NCBI GenBank assembly: GCA_017554325.1
Contig: JAFZIP010000010.1
Span: 69,760-133,759 of the forward strand
Reading direction: 5' to 3'
DNA: 64,000 nt
Source: Bacteroidales bacterium
GTDB lineage: Bacteria; Bacteroidota; Bacteroidia; Bacteroidales; WCHB1-69
Part shown: positions 49,244 through 56,348 of the stretch, piece after piece
How the letters are laid out: each line of letters opens with the position of its first letter
Position numbering within the stretch: position 1 is the stretch's first letter
Program-made: the position numbers and the translations under genes
The notes under the pieces: model-generated
Database searches by the model: none
What the model saw: only the letters and a program-made list of their open reading frames with translations
What the model was told of the DNA's origin: nothing

Positions 49244-49277
49244 AAAAAAAGAGGCGCGGAATCGCGCCTCTTTTTTT
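49244..49277 (+). terminator. Rho-independent (bidirectional-looking) terminator after glyA
   Basis: An A-run, then gaggcgcg-gaat-cgcgcctc, then a T-run. Confidence 0.75.
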
Positions 49278-49288
49278 GTGTCTGTAGA

Positions 49289-49316
49289 GTAGAGACGGTG
49301 CCTGCACCGTCTCTAC
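49289..49316. repeat. REP-like palindrome GTAGAGACGGTGCCTGCACCGTCTCTAC
   Basis: 28-nt palindrome (12-bp arms, 4-nt loop) between the convergent glyA and acyltransferase genes. It is preceded by a partial duplication, gtagag. Confidence 0.8.
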
Positions 49317-49321
49317 AATAA

Positions 49322-50194
49322 TTATTCATCAAATTTGAATTTCCACCGGCGGTGACTCCATAGCCAATACTGAGGTTTGCGGCGGATGGTCTGTTCCAAC
49401 AATCCCACATATTTCCGAGTGATCTCGTACTCGGGCAACTCGTTGGGATGCTCGGCAATCACCTGCACATCCACACGGTATTTGCCCATGCGCTCCTTTA
49501 TCACCTCATAATAGAGCACTGGAATATCATACTTGCGGGCGAAATGCTCTGCGCCGAAGATCACGCCCGTGCGCTGGTGCAGGAAATCCGTCACATAGCA
49601 TTTCTTCTTACTGTTGGGCGACTGGTCGCTGAGCATCATGTAGGCGGCTGGCTTGTGCTCCGTCTCATATCGCTCGAACGTCTCGCGCACGGTGTCCGCA
49701 AACACCACTTCCGTTCCATAGCGCGTGCGCGCGCGATTGACCAGTTTCTCGAACACCTTGTCGGTATTGGGCTTCCCCACCCCTACACCATGATGCTTGA
49801 ACATCTCGTCCAACGCCAATATCATCCATTCCCAGTTGTTGTAATGCGACGACATCAAGATGACACTCTTGCCCTCGTTGAAGAATCGGTTCACCAGTTC
49901 AGGATTGCTGCAACGGTAACGATTCCGCAATATGCACCGCGGCAGCACCAGCATTTTCATCATCTCCACTGCAATCTGCGACAGATGCCAATAGTACGCA
50001 TTGGCTATCCTGCTGATTTCCCGTTTCGATTTTTCAGGAAAAGATTTCGTCAGATTACCCACAATCACCTTGCGCCGGTAGCGCACCACAAACGCCAGCA
50101 CCAAATACAACGGCACCGCCAGAACATACAACAATGCCAAGGGCAGCAGCGCCAGCGGATAACAGATGAACCAGATGAGGAAATAGGTGAACAT
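49322..50194 (-). CDS. Lysophospholipid/lipid A acyltransferase (LpxL/HtrB family)
   Basis: 290 aa. N-terminal TM segment, the SSHYNNWEW (H-x4-D/E-like) acyltransferase block, and the HRRWK end. Confidence 0.7.
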   Translation of the reverse strand: MFTYFLIWFICYPLALLPLALLYVLAVPLYLVLAFVVRYRRKVIVGNLTKSFPEKSKREISRIANAYYWHLSQIAVEMMKMLVLPRCILRNRYRCSNPELVNRFFNEGKSVILMSSHYNNWEWMILALDEMFKHHGVGVGKPNTDKVFEKLVNRARTRYGTEVVFADTVRETFERYETEHKPAAYMMLSDQSPNSKKKCYVTDFLHQRTGVIFGAEHFARKYDIPVLYYEVIKERMGKYRVDVQVIAEHPNELPEYEITRKYVGLLEQTIRRKPQYWLWSHRRWKFKFDE

Positions 50195-50195
50195 A

Positions 50196-50272
50196 TTAGG
50201 GTTTAGAGTTTAGAGTTTAGAGTTTAAAGTTTAGAGTAAGGGAGTAAAAGAGTAATGGAGAAATGGAGAATG
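50196..50272. repeat. 7-nt-period tandem array (ttagggt ttagagt ttagagt ttagagt ttaaagt ttagagt aagggagt aaaagagt aatggag aaatggag)
   Basis: Read directly. It fills the gmhB-to-acyltransferase spacer and abuts the acyltransferase ATG. Confidence 0.8.
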
Positions 50273-50288
50273 ATTATTCCTCCTTTCC

Positions 50289-50831
50289 TCATTTCCTCCT
50301 ATCATCCAAATAATGGGCAAAATCATATAGCGAGTCGAAATGGTATTTCGTTATGGAGAGAATTTCATCAAAATCAGGATGGCGGATGGGGCCCACATGC
50401 ACAGGCAGCATTCCGGCGTTTTGTGCAAATTGCATGTCGGAGAGGCTGTCGCCTATCATCACGGAATCGGCAAAATCTATATCGGGAAAGTCATTCTTGG
50501 CTTGCAATGCCATGCCGATCTGGGGTTTGCGGCATCCGCAATTCTCGCCCGCCAAGTGCGGGCAACAGTAGATGGCATCCATTGGCGTTTGCTGCGCGAG
50601 CAGGCGCATCTGCAAGTAACTGTGTACGGCATCCACCTGGGCCTGCGTGCAAATTTTCTTGGCTATGCCCTGCTGGTTCGTTACTAAAACAATATGCTTG
50701 AATCTGGGGCGAAGCAACTTCATCGCCTCCAGGAAATGGTCTATGAACACAAACTGATCGACGGATTCCACATAGCCGCCCACAATCTGCACGTTCACCA
50801 CGCCGTCCCGATCCAAAAACAGGGTATTCAT
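50289..50831 (-). CDS. gmhB: D-glycero-D-manno-heptose 1,7-bisphosphate phosphatase (HAD-IIIA)
   Basis: LFLDRDGVVN, LVTNQQGI, the Zn-site-like CCPHLAGENCGCRKP, and GDSLSDMQFAQNAG. Confidence 0.75.
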   Translation of the reverse strand: MNTLFLDRDGVVNVQIVGGYVESVDQFVFIDHFLEAMKLLRPRFKHIVLVTNQQGIAKKICTQAQVDAVHSYLQMRLLAQQTPMDAIYCCPHLAGENCGCRKPQIGMALQAKNDFPDIDFADSVMIGDSLSDMQFAQNAGMLPVHVGPIRHPDFDEILSITKYHFDSLYDFAHYLDDRRK

Positions 50832-50846
50832 CTACAAAAAAGCAGG

Positions 50847-50854
50847 CAAAAATA
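50847..50854 (-). promoter_or_regulatory. -7 box TATTTTTG upstream of gmhB
   Basis: Plus strand reads caaaaata, 15 nt from the ATG at 50831. Confidence 0.5.
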
Positions 50855-50901
50855 CAAAAATAAATACTTCGTTCCCGCATCTATGCCCACGAAGTCCTAT
50901 A

Positions 50902-51582
50902 TCAACGCTCTTCCACATCTATTGTTCCCACCTTTTTCAAGCATTTTTCCTTGAACATGGCGTTGGGGTTAGTGCCCGGTTCACCCTGCGGGATAGGCTG
51001 GCCGATCAGCTGAAAAAGCTGGACCCAATAGGGCGGGAACGTGCCGTCCTCCGATTTAAAGTTCATCGGAGCGGTATGGAACAGATGCTTGCCTTCGCGT
51101 GTCACATACGCGTCATAGACCAACTCGCTGCAATAATGCAACCTGTTGTCCGGCATGAAATAGAGGTCATACCCTTCTCCACAGATTTTTTTGGCATTTT
51201 CCACAAAATCCATTGCATTCTTTGCATACTTTTTGTTTTTCAACCGCATTACCATCATATATGGATACGATCCGTCTTTCAGCGTAAAATCCACCAGGAA
51301 AGTATCAAAAGGATGTCTATCCACACCATGTTTCAGCGTAGCATCCAAAATCCAAACATGCTCATTTTCATCCACTTCCAACACAGCCACATGGATATAG
51401 TTCAGTTGGTCTGCCTTTCCCGTGGAGGCTGCAATCGCCCCGGACATGGAATCGTCAAAAATGGTGTAGTCAGCCGGAATGCCCACGAACAAGAGATCGC
51501 CTGTGCGCACCTGAGCCTGAGATTTCCCTGTCGTCAGAGATAGCAGGAACAAAACAAAAAAACAGATTCTTTTCATGTTCAT
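50902..51582 (-). CDS. YiiX-family permuted papain-like (NlpC/P60 superfamily) secreted protein
   Basis: Signal peptide ends SQA|QVR. GDLLFVG, the HVAVLEV histidine block and YCSELVYDAY cysteine block occur in permuted order. Confidence 0.65.
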   Translation of the reverse strand: MNMKRICFFVLFLLSLTTGKSQAQVRTGDLLFVGIPADYTIFDDSMSGAIAASTGKADQLNYIHVAVLEVDENEHVWILDATLKHGVDRHPFDTFLVDFTLKDGSYPYMMVMRLKNKKYAKNAMDFVENAKKICGEGYDLYFMPDNRLHYCSELVYDAYVTREGKHLFHTAPMNFKSEDGTFPPYWVQLFQLIGQPIPQGEPGTNPNAMFKEKCLKKVGTIDVEER

Positions 51583-52232
51583 CAGAATTGATAAAAATAG
51601 CTGATCATCATCACAGAATTGTATTGCAATTTAATAGGTTGGTTCACCGCCCAGTTAGGCTTGCGAACATGCAATATAGAATTAGAGTATCTGAAACTGA
51701 CACCGTGATGCTCGTTGAACATATACGAGATACCAGCTATCGCGGAGAACTCAAACCGGCGGAATTGCGGCCGTCCCTGGATGACGCCATACACATCGCG
51801 CTCGCGCTGGTACAGATTCACACCGAACATGGGACCGAGTTCAAACTCAAAATCGCTGCTGCCGTGGATGGTAAGACGGGCAAAACGCCACCTCAACAGA
51901 ACGGGGACCTCCAGATAGCCGATATTGAGCACATACTTGTTCATCATGGAGGCGTTCTGTTTGGGCGGATAATAGGTATGACTGCCCTTCATGGTGAAAT
52001 CAATCTCGGCCTGTATTTTCAGATTCCCTTTGTCATTCAATGGGTAACAGGCATACACGCCAGCGTAGGCACCCAATTTGTGGAAACCGGTCAGGTTGTC
52101 GCCGGAAATCTGCGAGGCTGTAAAGCCACCCCGTACGCCACCCTTGAAATTGCTGTTGGTGGTGGACCGCTGCGCCTGAGCCGTGCCGAACAACAGCCCA
52201 AACATAAGCATCAATATTGTTATCTTTTTCAT
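51582..52232 (-). CDS. Small outer-membrane beta-barrel protein
   Basis: 216 aa. Signal peptide ends AQA|QRS, followed by alternating strands. The protein ends YFYQF. Confidence 0.55.
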   Translation of the reverse strand: MKKITILMLMFGLLFGTAQAQRSTTNSNFKGGVRGGFTASQISGDNLTGFHKLGAYAGVYACYPLNDKGNLKIQAEIDFTMKGSHTYYPPKQNASMMNKYVLNIGYLEVPVLLRWRFARLTIHGSSDFEFELGPMFGVNLYQRERDVYGVIQGRPQFRRFEFSAIAGISYMFNEHHGVSFRYSNSILHVRKPNWAVNQPIKLQYNSVMMISYFYQF

Positions 52233-52238
52233 TTCAGG

Positions 52239-52820
52239 CTAATTCAGATTGATATATTCGGGAACATTGAGCCAATGGTTGTACTCCTCTCCCAGGACCT
52301 TCACCGCTTTTTCCCACATCTTGTCGGGTTCGGTATGGAAGATCAACTCAGGGGTCGGGTTGCCGACAACCCACATATTACGGGCGAGTTCCTGTTCTAA
52401 CTGTCCGGGGCTCCAGCCTGCGTAACCCATCAAGAAGCGATATTTGAGCGCGGGAATGGCATTGTGCTCAATCAGGGCCAGGAGCACCTGGTCGTAGCCG
52501 ACATAGATGCCCGGAGCGATGCGCGCCGATTCCTTGCAGCTTTCAAATGTGTGAAGCAGAAACAGCGCGGTGGGCAACACCGGGCCACCCAGATACATGG
52601 GAGCATCCACGCGCAAGCCATCCACCATCTGCTTGACCGTATAGGGCAGCTTATGGTTGAGAATAAGCCCCGCAACATGCTCACCCTCATAATCGGTCAG
52701 CAGGACTACCGACCGGTTGAAGAAGGTATCGTTGTAATAGGGCACCGAAATCAGAATCCTGCCGGAGGCAAGGTCAAATTCGGTCTGTATCACCGCTAAG
52801 AGGTCTTTTTCGAAAGGCAT
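52239..52820 (-). CDS. YqgE/AlgH family protein (UPF0301)
   Basis: GRILISVPYYNDTFFNRSVVLLTDYEGEHVAGLILNH...GGPV...GYAGWSPGQLEQE. Confidence 0.85.
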   Translation of the reverse strand: MPFEKDLLAVIQTEFDLASGRILISVPYYNDTFFNRSVVLLTDYEGEHVAGLILNHKLPYTVKQMVDGLRVDAPMYLGGPVLPTALFLLHTFESCKESARIAPGIYVGYDQVLLALIEHNAIPALKYRFLMGYAGWSPGQLEQELARNMWVVGNPTPELIFHTEPDKMWEKAVKVLGEEYNHWLNVPEYINLN

Positions 52821-52831
52821 AGCAAGAATTC

Positions 52832-53935
52832 TTACACTTGTTCTATCTGTTCATAAATCCGGTCGATGGCATCGGGTTGGGCGAAAGTGCGCAGCACCTG
52901 GCCCATCCGTTCGCATTCCTCCGGATTTTCCAGCAATTGCATCAGGGATGGCATCAGCTTCTCTTTGGCCTCGGAATCGGGAATCAGGACAGCGGCCCCT
53001 TTGGTGGAGAGGGCCTTGGCGTTGTAGGTCTGGTGATCCTCCGCAGCAAACGGGAAGGGCACCAAGATGGTCGGAACTCCGACGACGGCCAGCTCCGCGA
53101 TGGCCAGCGCGCCGGCCCGCGACAGGATTACGTCGGCCATGCTGTACGCGTCGTTCATATTGCGGATAAACGGCACTATGCGCACATGTTCGTCCTGCGA
53201 CGCCAAGAGTTTGGAATCTATGTTCTTGTAGTAAAGTTCGCCGGTCTGCCACAACACCTGCACATCCGCCTGGCGGAAGTCGTCCAGATGTAGCGCCATC
53301 GTCTCGTTGAGCGTCCTAGCGCCCAAACTGCCCCCCACCACCAACACGGTGCGCTTCTCGGGCGTAAAGCCGAAGAACTCGTATGCTTTTGGGTCTTTCC
53401 GGTTCAAATTCAGAATCTCCGCACGGATAGGGTTGCCCGTTTGCACGATCTTCTCAGCGGGGAAATATTTCTCCAAGCCCTCGTACGCCACACAAATCTT
53501 CTTGGCCTTCGGGGCCAGCATCTTGTTGGTGACGCCCGGATAGGAATTCTGCTCCTGCAACAGCGTAGGCACGCCCAGCTGGTCAGCGACTTTGAGCGCT
53601 GGACCAGAAGCGAAGCCCCCCACCCCGATGGCGATGTCAGGGTTGAACTCACGTATGATGCGACGCGCCTTCCGCATGGCCTTCATCAACACAAAAGGCA
53701 GTTTGACGTTCTTCCAAATACCCTTGAGCGAGAAATCACGGCTGATTCCATAAATCTCAAGTCCTTGGATATCATATCCGGCCTCAGGAACACGTTTCAT
53801 TTCCATTTTGTCGCTGGCTCCGATAAACAGGATCTCAGCTTCGGGATTCTCTTTTCTGATTTTGTTGGCGATGGCCAAGGCTGGGAAAATATGGCCTCCG
53901 GTGCCGCCGCCGCTGATTAAATAACGATGCTTCAT
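52832..53935 (-). CDS. murG: UDP-GlcNAc:lipid I N-acetylglucosaminyltransferase MurG
   Basis: SGGGTGGHIFPALAIA, GGFASGPAL, the GNPIR block, and RAGALAIAELAVVGVPTILVPFPFAAEDHQTYNAKAL. Confidence 0.9.
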   Translation of the reverse strand: MKHRYLISGGGTGGHIFPALAIANKIRKENPEAEILFIGASDKMEMKRVPEAGYDIQGLEIYGISRDFSLKGIWKNVKLPFVLMKAMRKARRIIREFNPDIAIGVGGFASGPALKVADQLGVPTLLQEQNSYPGVTNKMLAPKAKKICVAYEGLEKYFPAEKIVQTGNPIRAEILNLNRKDPKAYEFFGFTPEKRTVLVVGGSLGARTLNETMALHLDDFRQADVQVLWQTGELYYKNIDSKLLASQDEHVRIVPFIRNMNDAYSMADVILSRAGALAIAELAVVGVPTILVPFPFAAEDHQTYNAKALSTKGAAVLIPDSEAKEKLMPSLMQLLENPEECERMGQVLRTFAQPDAIDRIYEQIEQV

Positions 53936-53936
53936 A

Positions 53937-54060
53937 TAGATTAGAGATTAGAGTTTAGAGATTAGAGTTTGGAGTTTATAGATTTAGTTTTCCTTGAGCA
54001 GCCCCGTTAGGGGCAAGAGCTTGGTAGAAATAATAGATTAGAGATTAGGGATATTAGAAG
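53937..54060. repeat. Two 7-nt-period tandem arrays (53937-53987 and 54032-54060) flanking a short hairpin (gcccc-gtta-ggggc)
   Basis: tagatta gagatta gagttta gagatta gagtttg gagttta tagattt ... tagatta gagatta gggatat tagaagg. This occupies the whole lysC-murG spacer. Confidence 0.8.
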
Positions 54061-54068
54061 GAAATTTT

Positions 54069-55334
54069 TCAATTCTCAATTATCACAAATTGTATCGTGG
54101 CGCGGCTGGTTTGACGCAGGATGGCGGTCCGGCCAGCCAGCACTTTTTCTATCGTCGGTTTGTTATAATGCCGTATGGTGATGAGTAGCACATTTTCGTT
54201 GTATTTGACCTTGTATTTCGTTTGCAAGGCCTCCACACACTGCTGCACCCGCTGCGGTTCGGCGTCCGTGCAGATGGAGAAGCTCAATGCGGAGTTCTGC
54301 ATCATGTTGACACGGATTCGATGCCGGGCAAAAATCGTAAACAACTCCGACAAATTGTCCACCGCGATGAAGGAGAAGTCTCGTGGAAAGACGGTCAACA
54401 AGGTTTGGTGGTCTTTGACGATGATGGAAGGAATACGTTCTTCCAGTGAGCAGGAGGTGATGACACTGCCCGGCTCGTCGGGTTGGAAGAACGACTTGAC
54501 ATAGAGCGGAATCTGTTTGTTCTGCAGAGGTTTCAAAGTCTTGGGATGGATGATGGACGCGCCATAATAGGACAACTCCACCGCCTCTTCGTAGGGTATT
54601 TTGTCCAGCTTGACAGCGTCGGGAAAGCGTTTGGGATCTGCGTTGAGCAGGCCGGGCACATCCTTCCAGATAGTCACGCTTTCGGCATCCAGGGCATACG
54701 CCATGATGGAAGCCGAGTAGTCGGAGCCCTCGCGGCCCAATGTGGTGGTGAGGTTCTCGGCAGTTCCGCCGATGAAGCCCTGTGTAAGGAACACCTTACC
54801 CTCCTGGCCCAACAGCGTGTCACACACCTGTTGCACGGTAACATCCCAATCGACGCGTCCCTCGCGGTACGTAGAGTCGGTGCGGACCAATTTGCGCGCA
54901 TCCAGCCAAGTATTGGGAATGCCGGTAAGGTTCAGGTAAGTGGAGATGATGGTAGTGGATAGCAGCTCGCCGAAACTCACAATCTGATCGTAATCGAAAT
55001 CGTAGTTATTGGAATGATCCACAGACAAGCGAGTACGAAGCTGGGCAAAGAGCGTGCGGATGCCGTCCACAATGGAACCCGGGTCGGGGACGAGGCGCTC
55101 GGCCACATCCTCATGCTGCCGTTGCAGATCCACCAACAGGCCCTCTACCTGATCGGGGGCATGGTAGTAAGCATGCAAAACCTTTTCCAGGAAGTTCGTC
55201 GTCTTGCCCATCGCTGAAATCACGACCACCAACCGGTCGTCGGGATAGCGGCGCAGGATCTCATGCAGATTCTCTATAGCAGCGGCATCTTTCACAGAAG
55301 CACCGCCGAATTTGAAGACTTTGAAGCGCATCAT
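54069..55334 (-). CDS. lysC: Aspartate kinase
   Basis: VFKFGGASVKD, the VVVISAMGKTTN block, and C-terminal ACT-like repeats. Confidence 0.9.
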   Translation of the reverse strand: MMRFKVFKFGGASVKDAAAIENLHEILRRYPDDRLVVVISAMGKTTNFLEKVLHAYYHAPDQVEGLLVDLQRQHEDVAERLVPDPGSIVDGIRTLFAQLRTRLSVDHSNNYDFDYDQIVSFGELLSTTIISTYLNLTGIPNTWLDARKLVRTDSTYREGRVDWDVTVQQVCDTLLGQEGKVFLTQGFIGGTAENLTTTLGREGSDYSASIMAYALDAESVTIWKDVPGLLNADPKRFPDAVKLDKIPYEEAVELSYYGASIIHPKTLKPLQNKQIPLYVKSFFQPDEPGSVITSCSLEERIPSIIVKDHQTLLTVFPRDFSFIAVDNLSELFTIFARHRIRVNMMQNSALSFSICTDAEPQRVQQCVEALQTKYKVKYNENVLLITIRHYNKPTIEKVLAGRTAILRQTSRATIQFVIIEN

Positions 55335-56317
55335 TTCTCGTTTTTAATCACATACAACAAGGTCTGCCCCACCACACCCAGTGTGTTTTTATCAATATGC
55401 TGGATATTGTCATTCACGGTATGCCATACGGGATCGAAGCCGGAGCCCGATGTCATGTCATAATGGATGATATCGATCATCTTGAAGGGAGCATACTTGT
55501 TTACATAGTAATGGTCGTCGGTGATGATACCGCCGGGCTGGTTGATGAAATAGTTGCCGAAGCCGAGGTCATACGCATGGCCCCACACCTTGGCCACGAC
55601 GGGCTGGGCGTCGCGCACGGAGAAGCTCTCCTGATAGAACTGCGCGTTGGGCGTGCCCACCATGTCGAGCAGGATGCCATAGCGCGCCATGTAGTCCGGC
55701 TTGTGCAGATGCTGAGCCCAGTACTGGGAGCCGAGGCCCCACCATTCGCCTGGAGGGGCGTCCTCGCCCTCCTTCGGGCCGTAGTCTTCCGCATCGAAGA
55801 GTACAATATCAACGCCAATGGCGGGATTCAGTTTTTGCAACTGGCGGGCCACCTCCAACAGCACACCCACACCGGATGCTCCGTCGTTGGCTCCGTCAAT
55901 GGCCTTGTCGCGATTGGTCTGATTGCGGTCATGATCGGCAAAGGGGCGCGAGTCCCAGTGGGAGGAGAGCACGACGCGCTCGCGCTTTTCGGGAGCGAAG
56001 GAGCCGATGATGTTCTGCGCCGGCCATCTCTTGCCGTCATACGTACAGGCCGTGAATTCCTGCACAAATGCCGTATCGCAGAACTCGGAGAGCTTAAGAA
56101 GCAAATATTGGGCACATTTCGCATGTGCCTCGCTGCCCATCACACGCGGGCCGAAGTCGGTCTGCGCCTTCACGAATTGGTAGGCTGAATCAACGTCAAA
56201 AGCCGGCGGCGCGACCGACGGCTTTTGGACTGGGTTATCTTTGGGTTTGTTGGGGCAGCCTGTAAGCAACAGGCAGCAGACTGCCAGCCAGCATAATCTA
56301 CAATATTTCCAATGCAT
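55331..56317 (-). CDS. M28-family lipoprotein, animal-type glutaminyl-peptide cyclotransferase-like
   Basis: Lipobox LLTGC. M28 metal-ligand blocks (SSHWDSRPFADHD, DGANDGASGVGVLLE, VLFDAEDYG, WHTVNDN). Size and lipidation resemble the Porphyromonas QC. Confidence 0.65.
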   Translation of the reverse strand: MHWKYCRLCWLAVCCLLLTGCPNKPKDNPVQKPSVAPPAFDVDSAYQFVKAQTDFGPRVMGSEAHAKCAQYLLLKLSEFCDTAFVQEFTACTYDGKRWPAQNIIGSFAPEKRERVVLSSHWDSRPFADHDRNQTNRDKAIDGANDGASGVGVLLEVARQLQKLNPAIGVDIVLFDAEDYGPKEGEDAPPGEWWGLGSQYWAQHLHKPDYMARYGILLDMVGTPNAQFYQESFSVRDAQPVVAKVWGHAYDLGFGNYFINQPGGIITDDHYYVNKYAPFKMIDIIHYDMTSGSGFDPVWHTVNDNIQHIDKNTLGVVGQTLLYVIKNEK

Positions 56318-56348
56318 TACATCATGATTTAAGAAAGGGATGGACAGA

